Source: Candidatus Kerfeldbacteria bacterium (GTDB lineage Bacteria > Patescibacteriota > Patescibacteriia > UBA9570 > XYC2-FULL-38-9). From it: a stretch of 64,000 nt of DNA. Shown here one piece after another: positions 1 through 9,170 of this stretch. The DNA is taken from NCBI GenBank assembly GCA_043813585.1, contig JBDRKW010000006.1, forward strand, positions 15,444 to 79,443, in the 5' to 3' direction. Positions within the stretch are counted from its first letter, which is position 1. Every line of letters starts with the position of its first letter. Both the position numbers and the translations under genes were made by a program. Under the pieces are notes generated by a model. The model had not been told where the DNA came from. It did not search any database and saw nothing but the letters and a program-made list of their open reading frames with translations.

Positions 1-16
1 CGAATTCGAACTCGAT

Positions 17-1729
17 ATGATCGTCCACAGCGTGCAGGACGAAAAAGGCAACGACTACCAATACGAAGAAACTCACGGGTATGACGTCTTCTTAAAAATC
101 GGCGATCCGGACCGGACGATAACCGGAAAGCACTGGTATGTCATATCCTATACTGTTGACGCCGCGATCCAGGGTTTTGATAACCACGACGAATTATACT
201 GGAACGTCACCGGCAACGACTGGGATGTTCCGATCCTGCAGGCAGAAGCGACAGTTACGATTCCCCAGGGCAGCAAGAAATCGGTGAACAACGCCATTTG
301 CTTCACGGGCGAATACGGTTCAACAGATGAATACTGTTCGGCGGCGGTTCCGTCAGACACTGAATTTAAGTTCAGTACGACTGACAGCCTATACGCCAAC
401 GAAGGGCTGACGATCGGCGCGGCATTTGATAAAAAAGCGGTAGCGACGCCCGCACTGCTCAATGTGACAACGGATCCGGCCGGAGCTTGGGTAAAACTGG
501 ACAACAACCGGCTGGACTACACCACTCCGCATACGTACCGCGTACCGCCGGGAACCTATGAACTGACGATCGACAAGTTTCGGTACAAACCGTTCATGCA
601 GACTGTGATACTTGAAGAAGACATGCAGATCGATGTGGAACGGACGCTCGAAAAAACAACGCTTGCTACAGTTATGGAACTGTACGTCCCGTGGATTGCG
701 TTTGTCATCCTTGCCGGCGGAGTATACCTGATCTGGTATGCCAAAGGACGCGAACCGAAAGGCCGCGGCACGGTCATTCCTGAATACGAACAGCCGGATA
801 AACTAAGCCCTGGTGAAGTCGGCGTGATTATTGACCAGAAAGCGGACCTGCACGACATTACGGCCAGCGTTATTCAGCTCGCGGTCCGGGGCTACCTGAA
901 AATCCGCAAGGAGGAAAAGAAGAAAAAATTCAACTGGGGAAAGAAGGATTACGACTACACGTTCATCAAAGTCAAAGACGCTGCGCGTGCAAGCGACCTG
1001 GAACAATTTGAAAAAGAAATTTTCGACGGCATCTTCTCGGGCAGCAAGGAAGAGGTGAAGCTGAGCGACCTGCAAAATAAATTCTACACATCGCTGCCGA
1101 CGGTCAAGAAGGAACTCTACGGCGTCGTCGTGAAAAAGGGATACTTCGCACGATCGCCAAGTACGGTAAAAGGCATTGCCATCGGACTGGGAGTGTTGTT
1201 CGCAATCGGAGTCGGCGTATTGGGCGGCGTGATGACCATTGCGTTTGAATCGGTCTGGTACTTCTTGCTGTTTTGCGCGGCCGGCGTAGGCGCGTTTGTG
1301 ACGTCGTTCTTTATGGCCCGCCGCACGAAGCAGGGAGCGATAGCGCTGGAAAAAATCCAGGGTTTCAAACTGTTCCTGACCACGGCGGAAAAAGAACGGC
1401 TGAAATTTTTCAACTCTCCCGAAGCGTTCAGGGACCTGTTCGAAAAATACCTGCCGTTTGCGATTGCGCTTGAAGTCGAGGAAGAATGGGCCGAACAGTT
1501 CAAGGATATCTACGAAGGCAAGCCGGACTGGTACGAAGGCGAAGGAACGTTCAATGCCGTCATCTTCACACACTCGATCATGGCACTAAATTCGGCAACA
1601 GCAAGCACATTCGCCTCTGCTCCTTCTTCGAGCGGCAGCAGCGGCTGGAGCGGTGGTTCCAGTTTTGGAGGCGGAGGCGGCGGATTCAGCGGTGGCGGTT
1701 TTGGAGGCGGAGGCGGCGGCAGCTGGTAA
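17..1729 (+). CDS. DUF2207 family membrane protein with internal PEGA domain (5' end probably before the window)
   Basis: ELYWNVTGNDWDVPI motif, TM helices, EKYLPFAIAL and Gly/Ser-rich GGGGGSW C-terminus typical of DUF2207; LNVTTDPAGAWVKLD..PPGTYELTI is PEGA-like. Confidence 0.88.
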   Translation: MIVHSVQDEKGNDYQYEETHGYDVFLKIGDPDRTITGKHWYVISYTVDAAIQGFDNHDELYWNVTGNDWDVPILQAEATVTIPQGSKKSVNNAICFTGEYGSTDEYCSAAVPSDTEFKFSTTDSLYANEGLTIGAAFDKKAVATPALLNVTTDPAGAWVKLDNNRLDYTTPHTYRVPPGTYELTIDKFRYKPFMQTVILEEDMQIDVERTLEKTTLATVMELYVPWIAFVILAGGVYLIWYAKGREPKGRGTVIPEYEQPDKLSPGEVGVIIDQKADLHDITASVIQLAVRGYLKIRKEEKKKKFNWGKKDYDYTFIKVKDAARASDLEQFEKEIFDGIFSGSKEEVKLSDLQNKFYTSLPTVKKELYGVVVKKGYFARSPSTVKGIAIGLGVLFAIGVGVLGGVMTIAFESVWYFLLFCAAGVGAFVTSFFMARRTKQGAIALEKIQGFKLFLTTAEKERLKFFNSPEAFRDLFEKYLPFAIALEVEEEWAEQFKDIYEGKPDWYEGEGTFNAVIFTHSIMALNSATASTFASAPSSSGSSGWSGGSSFGGGGGGFSGGGFGGGGGGSW

Positions 1730-1757
1730 TTAACAATTTCTTTCTATACTAACAGCT

Positions 1758-2804
1758 ATGGAGTTCAAAAAAATTCAATCAATCGCATTTTTCGCTCTGC
1801 TGATCGGCGTGAGCATCGTGTTCCTGCAGATGATCTGGCCGTATGTGTTTGCCCTGTTCTGGGCAGCAGTCATCGCTGTGATCTTCCACCCCGTCTATAA
1901 GCGGCTGCTTAAGCGGCTAAAAAATGAAAGCATCGCAGCGAGCCTGATGGTTATTATCGTGATTCTCATTGTGGTATTGCCGCTTGCCGGCGTGCTGACG
2001 CTTGTGATCCAGCAGGCTATCCAGATATATGACCGCGTGAGCGAACCGGATACGATTGCCTCAATTATCAGCTCGGCTGAAGCGATTATTCATGCGCCGT
2101 TTGTCCAGCGCATCACCGGTGAAGTGGATTTTGTACAGCAGCTACGCGACGCGTCATCGACAATCGCTTCGTCAGCGATCCAATGGCTTCAGGCCGGCAC
2201 GCGAAGTACGTTGCAGGTCATCGTCAATATCCTGATTATGATCTACTCATTGTACTTCTTTTTTAAAGACGGTGAATCGTGGCTGAAACGCATCATGCAC
2301 CTGCTGCCGTTCGGAGATGAAAATGAAACAGTTCTTTATAAAAAATTCGTTTCCACAAGCAAAGCAACATTAAAAGGCACGATTTTACTCGGCGGCATCC
2401 AGGGCACCCTGGGTGGTCTGCTATTCCTCGCCGTTGGGATCGAAGCTGCAGCATTCTGGGGGTTGGTCATGATCGTATTGTCGATCATCCCGGCAGTCGG
2501 ATCATTCTTGGTATGGTTCCCGGCGGCAGTCATAATGCTCGCAACAGGCAACATATGGCAGGGAGTAGCCCTTCTCATTGGCGGCGTGATTATCGGTACA
2601 GTTGATAACCTCCTGCGTCCGTCGCTAGTCGGGAAAGATATTCAGATGCACCCGATCTGGATCCTATTCTCGACTATCGGCGGAATTGTGATGTTTGGGA
2701 TCTCCGGTGTGGTGATCGGGCCTATGATCGCCGCTTTTTTCCTGGGCGTCCTAAATATGTATGAAATGCGCTACAAGAAAAACCTGGATAGTAAATTAAC
2801 CTGA
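1758..2804 (+). CDS. AI-2E family transporter
   Basis: Multi-TM protein with IPAVGS and DNLLRP..VG....HP...LFS..GG...FG..G...GP signature. Confidence 0.93.
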   Translation: MEFKKIQSIAFFALLIGVSIVFLQMIWPYVFALFWAAVIAVIFHPVYKRLLKRLKNESIAASLMVIIVILIVVLPLAGVLTLVIQQAIQIYDRVSEPDTIASIISSAEAIIHAPFVQRITGEVDFVQQLRDASSTIASSAIQWLQAGTRSTLQVIVNILIMIYSLYFFFKDGESWLKRIMHLLPFGDENETVLYKKFVSTSKATLKGTILLGGIQGTLGGLLFLAVGIEAAAFWGLVMIVLSIIPAVGSFLVWFPAAVIMLATGNIWQGVALLIGGVIIGTVDNLLRPSLVGKDIQMHPIWILFSTIGGIVMFGISGVVIGPMIAAFFLGVLNMYEMRYKKNLDSKLT

Positions 2805-2812
2805 CAGTAATT

Positions 2813-2847
2813 AAAAAGCGGCCATCCATGAGATGAACCGCTTTTTT
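2813..2847. terminator. Bidirectional intrinsic terminator
   Basis: AAAAAGCGG..CATC/GATG..CCGCTTTTTT inverted repeat between convergent genes. Confidence 0.8.
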
Positions 2848-2857
2848 GTACTCTGAA

Positions 2858-4456
2858 TTATTTCTTGAGCGGCCGTTTCTTGTTCACCGGAAACGGATTC
2901 CCAGACAGCGCCATCACTGCATACGCCGTGTTCAGCACTTCGTTACTGTCTGCGCCAAGTAAATCATACTTAAACGCTCCACCACTGCGCGCCAGCGAAT
3001 CCAGGTAATGAAACCCATTCAGATTATTTGTGGTCATTGATTTTGCTTCCTTGCGTTTTGCCCGCAAACCCTGCAATACCCATGCTGTTGATGATGCATT
3101 CGAGGTTGCGTCAACGCCATACCCCCAGCCGCCGTCAGGATTCTGTTGTTGGCGCAGGAACGTCGTCGCATTCGTAATTTTCTGCGTTAGTGATAAACCA
3201 TGTTTGTCCTTTTCTCCTTTGAGCCTGGACGCCATGTTAAGCCAAGCCGCTGTGGTATCAATGTCAGACGCGCTACCAACGGCAAACGATACGCCGCCGT
3301 CATCATTAATACAGGCAAACGTCGCTTCCGCGCCCTGCTTTAATTTCTTCGAATCATACGGCTCATCGGCCGCAATCATCGCCAGCACCGCAAAAATATC
3401 GTCATTGCAGTACGCCGCATCGCCAAACTGCTCGCCATCCATTGTTTTCTTCAAACGCTTCACAAAATTCGCCCCGTTATAATGCCGCGCATCTTTGCCA
3501 ATCGCTTCAAGCGCCATAATATGCCGGGCAAGCTCTGCAGTTCCCTTCTTCGCCATCGGACGGTACTGCTTCACCGCGCGAAACATCCGTTTATCATTCT
3601 TGCCACCAGCCTTCAACGCCATAGCCGACCATTCGGTCAATGCAATGCTGCCAGACACTTTACCGTTGTCATCAATATTTCTCTTCAGGTACTCCACACC
3701 ATTTTCCACCAGCTGCTTTCGCTTATACCGGCCCAGCGAATGGTACTTCTTTACTTTTGTGTAGATGCGAAGCGTCTTTATGTCGGTCTTCGGGTAGCCC
3801 TCTCGCACTGCATACACACTATAGGTTCCCGTCGCGTTTGGCTTGAATATTGCTTCGCCGTTGACATCTGTTGTAACCGTCGTATTCCCTATATGAACTT
3901 CTGAATCGCCGGCCGGTACATATGTACCGCTACCGGCTACCAAGTCATATTCATAATAATCCACAGTGGCGATAACGGTTCCGCCTTCACGCCGATGCTG
4001 TGCATTCAGTTGCAAGCGCAGCGGGGGGTTTGAAACGCCGTAGGTTAGAATAACCTCATCGCCCGGCTGCAGTGCAAAATCATTCATTCCGACTGACGGG
4101 CTCTCATAATTCACATAGTACAGCCAATAGTTCGAGTAATCGCCTGCATACGAATCGATCGAGCTCAGGAAAAACCCAAAACCATCCCAGTATGTTACCT
4201 CATATTCAAACTCACCCATCAACGATGCCGCATGCAACGCGCATAACGCATTCGCTCCGTCCACATGATGCTCTGTGCCTGTTGAATCTTCCACGTCGCA
4301 GCCACCGTCGGTAATATACACTGTTCCGTCATAAACCGTTGCATCGTTTGCTTCTATGCGGACCACCGCATCAACATACGTCGTTGCCGCAGCCGGCAAT
4401 GCAAACACCAGCGCCGCGCCTCCGATAAATAATAATGAAGTTACCATTCGTTTCAT
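2858..4456 (-). CDS. Exported transcobalamin-like protein: DUF4430 beta-domain, Ig-like linker and prenyltransferase/squalene-oxidase-repeat alpha/alpha barrel
   Basis: Signal peptide MKRMVTSLL..PAAA (start moved to this ATG); FLSSID..YWLYYVNYESPSVGMNDFALQPGDEV (DUF4430); NDDIFAVLA, DIDTTAA, LRQQQNPDGGWGY, SSTAWVLQGL barrel repeats; downstream of a cobalamin riboswitch. Confidence 0.8.
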   Translation of the reverse strand: MKRMVTSLLFIGGAALVFALPAAATTYVDAVVRIEANDATVYDGTVYITDGGCDVEDSTGTEHHVDGANALCALHAASLMGEFEYEVTYWDGFGFFLSSIDSYAGDYSNYWLYYVNYESPSVGMNDFALQPGDEVILTYGVSNPPLRLQLNAQHRREGGTVIATVDYYEYDLVAGSGTYVPAGDSEVHIGNTTVTTDVNGEAIFKPNATGTYSVYAVREGYPKTDIKTLRIYTKVKKYHSLGRYKRKQLVENGVEYLKRNIDDNGKVSGSIALTEWSAMALKAGGKNDKRMFRAVKQYRPMAKKGTAELARHIMALEAIGKDARHYNGANFVKRLKKTMDGEQFGDAAYCNDDIFAVLAMIAADEPYDSKKLKQGAEATFACINDDGGVSFAVGSASDIDTTAAWLNMASRLKGEKDKHGLSLTQKITNATTFLRQQQNPDGGWGYGVDATSNASSTAWVLQGLRAKRKEAKSMTTNNLNGFHYLDSLARSGGAFKYDLLGADSNEVLNTAYAVMALSGNPFPVNKKRPLKK

Positions 4457-4464
4457 CTCTGTGT

Positions 4465-5184
4465 TTATAATGATTTTTCGTACGACCATTTTACCGAGTC
4501 GCCTTTATTTAACATTTTTGATGAAATGCCTACAGTCGCCTTCTGTCCATTCACGTAATAAATCCAAAACATGCCGGCATGCAGGTCTTCCTCTAATCCA
4601 TTGATTGCTTTTACATAGGAACCCATTCCTCCAAATGAGGAAGCCGTGTAAATAAAGCCCTTGCTCTTCGCATTCTTCATTAACTGCTCGACTGATGCGC
4701 CGGTGTTGATATCTGCCGTATAGGTTGCCGTCCCAGACGGTGTAACCACCTGCAGCGTTGCAGCATACACCTGCTGCTCCGGTGCTTTTTCCTCCTGCTT
4801 TTTCTCTTCCTTCTGTTCCTGTGCAACTTCCTCGACTTCCTCCGGTTCGGCTTCCAGGTTCGCTTCCTCCGGATCAGCTGCGCCTTGTTCAGGTCCCGCC
4901 GATGTTGTAATGGTTGGCGCATTCTCTTCCGGCTGTTCACACTCCTCTTCAACGGCTTCCTTTACTACTGCATTACTGTCTTTTTTTATCTTTTGATCCT
5001 GTTGTTCCGCAACTTCGTTTACAACGCCTGCTTCAGCGCCCGCAACGACAGACTCGTACGACTGGTTCGCGCCGGCCTGCTGCATTTCATAACCGTTGTC
5101 ATTCACAGATGGGCATGCACCGCCAAGAACAACCGCTGCTGATAGTGTCAGGCCGATAATAATGGTTGTCGTTCGTGTAAACAT
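4465..5184 (-). CDS. DUF4430 (transcobalamin-like C-terminal domain) exported protein or lipoprotein
   Basis: N-terminal hydrophobic segment ending LGGAC, Glu/Gln/Pro-rich linker, C-terminal YVKAINGL..FWIYYVNGQKATVGISSKMLNKGDSVKWSY. Confidence 0.85.
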   Translation of the reverse strand: MFTRTTTIIIGLTLSAAVVLGGACPSVNDNGYEMQQAGANQSYESVVAGAEAGVVNEVAEQQDQKIKKDSNAVVKEAVEEECEQPEENAPTITTSAGPEQGAADPEEANLEAEPEEVEEVAQEQKEEKKQEEKAPEQQVYAATLQVVTPSGTATYTADINTGASVEQLMKNAKSKGFIYTASSFGGMGSYVKAINGLEEDLHAGMFWIYYVNGQKATVGISSKMLNKGDSVKWSYEKSL

Positions 5185-5196
5185 AGTTGTTGAAAC

Positions 5197-5226
5197 AAAA
5201 AACCCGCAGACAATGCAGGCGCGGGT
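5197..5226 (-). terminator. Intrinsic terminator in the riboswitch expression platform
   Basis: Minus strand ACCCGC..GCGGGT hairpin followed by a T-run, just upstream of the ATG at 5184. Confidence 0.75.
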
Positions 5227-5280
5227 GACGATTCGTCACGGGACTCGCATGCTTTTTGCTCGAAAGCGTTGTCGCGATAG

Positions 5281-5385
5281 CAAGCGGCCTGGCTTACCGT
5301 CTTCATGACGACGGATTACAGTTGCGGCACAGCTCCGGATTCACACCGGATTCCCTTGCTGCCCCATCTACCGGGGCAAGGCATA
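5281..5385 (-). ncRNA. Cobalamin (B12) riboswitch, short class-II-like form
   Basis: Minus strand: hairpin, AAGGGAA, TCCGGTGTGAATCCGGA, GCTGTGCCGCAACTGTAA, short stem CCGTC..GACGG, AAGCCAG; matches the B12-box consensus and precedes DUF4430 genes. Confidence 0.92.
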
Positions 5386-5403
5386 ATTTTTTAAGGTAAA
5401 AGC

Positions 5404-5433
5404 AGTATAGGCGATCGCCTGTCTGGCTGTCAA
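5404..5433 (-). promoter_or_regulatory. sigma70-type promoter for the riboswitch operon
   Basis: TTGACA (5433-5428), 18 nt, TATACT (5409-5404). Confidence 0.65.
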
Positions 5434-6440
5434 ATAAGGTTGGTGACTTTTGCGATAAACACGGCGTACAAAAACAGCATGGCCGCGCCTTCCCACAGCC
5501 GGATCTTGTCATCCAGCGTCACGAAGAACGCGACAAACGTTGCGATAATCAAAAATGGGAGGCCGACCATGAAGGTGACATCCGTGAGTCCAAGGTCCGC
5601 AAACAGCGCCGGAAAGCCACCAACCAGCAGCAGGTTAAACGTATTCGAACCAAAAACATTTCCGATGGCCAAGGCATGGTTGCCCGCCCTAATCGCGGCA
5701 ATAGACGTAAGCACTTCGGGCAACGACGTACCAATCGCGACAACCGTGATAGTAAGCATTGAAGATGAAATGCCGAGCAGTTCTGAAATATTAAGAACAC
5801 TGTCAATCAGGAACTTCGCGCTTATACCGAGTGCTCCCGCGCTGATAAGGATAATGAATAGGTACAACCCCCAGGGAATGTTTCCTTTTTTGCCTTTCTT
5901 CCCTTTCTTATCGGCATATTCATCCTTAAGATCTTGCAGCTCTTCTTTGTTCTCCTCTTTCTCTTTTTTACTGGTATCGGGCTTAACGGAGTAAATCAGG
6001 AAGATGATAAACAGGCCGAGAAGGAACAGCCCCTCTCCCCTCGTAATCGTCCGGTCGAGCGCAAAGAACGTAAACAGCGCCATGGACGTGAAGAAAAACG
6101 GCAAGTCAACATCAATAAGCGATGTCTTCACTTTGAGTGTTTTGGCGACTACTGCGCCGATGCCCAGGATAAGAAGCGCATTGGCGATGTTGGAACCGAT
6201 GATGTTGTCTGCAACGAACGTGGTCACACCCGAGTGAACCACTGCCAGCGTGGAGGTGATGAATTCCGGAAGCGACGTGCCGATGGCAACAATGGTTGCG
6301 CCGACGATAAACGAGCTCAAACCAAGAGCCAGGCCAAGTTTCTCGCTGTACCGCGTGAAATAATCTGCCGACTTCACCAGGACCACGAGGCAGACAATCA
6401 ATACGGCGAACCAAAAAATTATCTGTAGCATATTTGCCAT
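5430..6440 (-). CDS. Calcium/sodium antiporter (YrbG/CaCA family)
   Basis: Two alpha-repeat motifs GTSLPE..GSNIAN and GTSLPE..GNVFGSN. Confidence 0.93.
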   Translation of the reverse strand: MANMLQIIFWFAVLIVCLVVLVKSADYFTRYSEKLGLALGLSSFIVGATIVAIGTSLPEFITSTLAVVHSGVTTFVADNIIGSNIANALLILGIGAVVAKTLKVKTSLIDVDLPFFFTSMALFTFFALDRTITRGEGLFLLGLFIIFLIYSVKPDTSKKEKEENKEELQDLKDEYADKKGKKGKKGNIPWGLYLFIILISAGALGISAKFLIDSVLNISELLGISSSMLTITVVAIGTSLPEVLTSIAAIRAGNHALAIGNVFGSNTFNLLLVGGFPALFADLGLTDVTFMVGLPFLIIATFVAFFVTLDDKIRLWEGAAMLFLYAVFIAKVTNLI

Positions 6441-6485
6441 TATACTGCATTTTGGAACGCCGGTAAAGCATGGTATGCTGTGCGC

Positions 6486-6773
6486 ATGGAATTTTCTCTG
6501 ATCAACATTCTGCTGGTTTATGTGATCGCGATTAACGTCATTACGTTTATAGTCTACGGCTTTGACAAGTGGATGGCGCGGGCAGGATCATGGCGCGTGT
6601 CCGAAGCGGTGCTCTGGATCCTCGCCCTTATCGGCGGGTCTGCCGGCGCGCTCTCGGGCATGAATTTTTTTCGCCACAAGACGCGCAAGGTATGGTTTCA
6701 GTTCGTGCTCATGATGATATTGTTTATTCAGATCGGCGCACTTTTTCTCCTCTATTACTTCGAAATTATCTAG
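6486..6773 (+). CDS. DUF1294 family small membrane protein
   Basis: YGFDK..A...WRVSE..L......GGSAGA..GM..FRHKTRK motif. Confidence 0.9.
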   Translation: MEFSLINILLVYVIAINVITFIVYGFDKWMARAGSWRVSEAVLWILALIGGSAGALSGMNFFRHKTRKVWFQFVLMMILFIQIGALFLLYYFEII

Positions 6774-6794
6774 CCACAGAACACGCGGCAAGGG

Positions 6795-6824
6795 TTGACA
6801 AAACGCAAAAAATAGGCGTAGTAT
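6795..6824 (+). promoter_or_regulatory. sigma70-type promoter
   Basis: TTGACA, 18 nt, TAGTAT upstream of the sulfotransferase gene. Confidence 0.55.
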
Positions 6825-6948
6825 GAAGCATTCACACGCCAACAACAACTCCTTCGTCCAACGAAGGGTTCTTGGTACTGGAGGCTATAACTAGAGGGAC
6901 CTAAACGAGAGGGCATGGCGAACGAACGGGCCATGCAAGGAGGTGCTT

Positions 6949-8394
6949 GTGAAGCACTTTACAACGACAATGGTGATCTTCGCGGCCGTGCTGGTTTCGG
7001 GATGCGACAACGGGGATGACATCCTCTTCCCGAACGGCATCGGCGGTGGCGACGACGACAGTTTCGAGTGTGTTGCGTCCATCAGCGACGTGTCCGTGCG
7101 TACGCATCCGGACAACGCGCTGGCGTTCTACGCGAGCTGGACCACGCCCGAACCGGCGTCCTCCCGCGTGGAGTTCGGCCGGGCCGATGACGGCCTGGAC
7201 TTTGTCATCGAGGATGACAACAAGGTTACGGACCACGAGGTCTTCGTCTTCGGCATGAAGCCGGAAACGGAGTACATGTTCGCGGCCGTCTCGATCATGG
7301 ACAGCGGCGAGGAAGCATACTGTTCAGAAGAGCTGGGCTTCACCTCCGGCACGGTTCCGTTTGCCGGCGCCGACGCCGAGGTGACGGTCTACGACAGGGA
7401 GCTGGCGTACCACGGATGGACGCTCGGCAACTTCCTGATGGCGGACAACCAGCAGTCTGCCTGGATGGTCATCTGGGACATGGACGGCGACCCGGTCTGG
7501 TACTACGACTACGGGCTCACCGAGGGACGATCCGACCAGGAGGTCACGCTCGTATACGACGGTGACAAGCCGCGGATCCTGATAGGCGGCGGCGTCAAGA
7601 AGAACGAGCCGGCCACGGAGCTCGACCTGGAATGGAACGTAACCTGGGAAGGCCCGGTCCAGTCCGACGGCATGGGCACCGAAGGCGACATGCACCACTG
7701 CATGCACCGGACGTCCACAAACAACTACGTCGCGCTGTTCCACGCCTGGGAGGACTCGAGCACCCACACCGAAGTCCGCGAGTTCGACCGCGAGCTCAAC
7801 GTGCTCTGGAGCTGGATGCTCTACCAACACACCGATTGGGACGGTTACGACATGGGCAACCACGTCATCGTCGACTACGAGGACGACGCCGTCTACTACA
7901 ACGAGCAGCTGTCCAAGGGCTTCTACAAGATCGACCGATCCACCGGAGAGGTGATCTGGAAGCTCGGCGAAGACGGCGACTTCGAGGTCATCAACAGCAA
8001 GAGCGATGAGGACTTCGGGTACTTCACCCACGCGCCTGAGCTGTTGCCGGACGACCGCCTGCTCATCTTCCACAACGGAAGCGACCAATCGGGTTCGGCA
8101 GCCATCGAATGGCAGCTGGACTTCGGCGCCATGACCGCGACCGCGATCTGGTCGTGGAACGGCGGCGAAGACGACGGCTGGTACAACTATTGCTGGGGCG
8201 ACGTGGACCGCCTTCCCAACGGCAACACGCTGGTGACCGCCGGAACACCCGACCCGCCCAACCGGGAACCCCGCCTCATGGAGGTGGCTCCGGACGAGGA
8301 GCTCGTCTGGGAGCTCCGGATATACGACACCGACCCCGACTTCAAGGGGTCGTATATGTCGGAGCGCATCCCCGTGCTGGTCGGCGAGAAGTGA
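6949..8394 (+). CDS. Aryl-sulfate sulfotransferase (ASST)-like lipoprotein with N-terminal FnIII-like domain
   Basis: SD AAGGAGG then GTG 6949; lipobox VSGC; MHH, GN, KIDRSTGEVIWKLG, FTHAP, FHNG and GDVDRLPNGNTLVT motifs of the ASST beta-propeller; very high GC3. Confidence 0.8.
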   Translation: MKHFTTTMVIFAAVLVSGCDNGDDILFPNGIGGGDDDSFECVASISDVSVRTHPDNALAFYASWTTPEPASSRVEFGRADDGLDFVIEDDNKVTDHEVFVFGMKPETEYMFAAVSIMDSGEEAYCSEELGFTSGTVPFAGADAEVTVYDRELAYHGWTLGNFLMADNQQSAWMVIWDMDGDPVWYYDYGLTEGRSDQEVTLVYDGDKPRILIGGGVKKNEPATELDLEWNVTWEGPVQSDGMGTEGDMHHCMHRTSTNNYVALFHAWEDSSTHTEVREFDRELNVLWSWMLYQHTDWDGYDMGNHVIVDYEDDAVYYNEQLSKGFYKIDRSTGEVIWKLGEDGDFEVINSKSDEDFGYFTHAPELLPDDRLLIFHNGSDQSGSAAIEWQLDFGAMTATAIWSWNGGEDDGWYNYCWGDVDRLPNGNTLVTAGTPDPPNREPRLMEVAPDEELVWELRIYDTDPDFKGSYMSERIPVLVGEK

Positions 8395-8399
8395 AGTTC

Positions 8400-8441
8400 A
8401 AGTGGGGCGCGGCAAGAACGCTGCGAACCACTTCTTTTTTT
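8400..8441 (+). terminator. Intrinsic terminator
   Basis: AAGTGG..CGCGGC/GCTGCG..CCACTT stem followed by a T-run. Confidence 0.7.
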
Positions 8442-8486
8442 ACTTGAGTTTGCGAGCTTTCCATGTTCTGGTATGCTGAACAAACT

Positions 8487-9161
8487 ATGGAAGGTAATAT
8501 TCTCTTAATTGATAAGCCAAAAGGGATGACATCGCATGATGTCGTTAACATTATCCGCCGGCAAGAGGACGAACGGCGTGTTGGCCATGCAGGGACGCTC
8601 GATCCGCTTGCAACCGGGTTATTGATCGTTCTGGTCGGACGAGATGCAACCAAACGGCAGTCGGAGTTCATGGGCCTGCCGAAAGTTTACGAAGCAGATC
8701 TCACTTTTGGTTCAGTCAGTGACACGTACGACGCCGAAGGGCCAATCACCCCTTCCGCAACCGCAGAACAGCTTGCTCAACTTGATGAATCGACGATACA
8801 AGGCGTTCTTCAGCAATTTATCGGGCAGATCAAACAACAGCCGCCAAAACACTCCGCAATTAAAATCGGCGGACGGCCGATGTACAAAAAAGCGCGCGCA
8901 GGCACGCTGCAGCAGGAAGACGTTCCAGAACGCACCGTACAGATCGATTCCATAGAAATCCTTTCATTCTCGTCGGCAGCAAACGGCAAACCCCCGACCG
9001 CACAGCTCCGCGTCCGCTGCCAAAAAGGCACCTACATCCGTTCGCTCGCCCATGATATCGGCCAGGCGCTCGGCACCGGTGCATATCTTTCTGAACTGCG
9101 GCGCACCGCTATTGGCGAGTATTCTGTTGACGACGCACAAATAATCCATAACAAAGAATAA
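8487..9161 (+). CDS. truB: tRNA pseudouridine(55) synthase
   Basis: DKPKGMTSHDVV, VGHAGTLDPLATG, KGTYIRSLA motifs. Confidence 0.97.
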   Translation: MEGNILLIDKPKGMTSHDVVNIIRRQEDERRVGHAGTLDPLATGLLIVLVGRDATKRQSEFMGLPKVYEADLTFGSVSDTYDAEGPITPSATAEQLAQLDESTIQGVLQQFIGQIKQQPPKHSAIKIGGRPMYKKARAGTLQQEDVPERTVQIDSIEILSFSSAANGKPPTAQLRVRCQKGTYIRSLAHDIGQALGTGAYLSELRRTAIGEYSVDDAQIIHNKE

Positions 9162-9170
9162 TATCCGCGT

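Noticed and set aside
1630-1729. GGCGGAGGCGGCGG repeats
   Set aside because: They encode the normal Gly-rich DUF2207 tail and are not a repeat element
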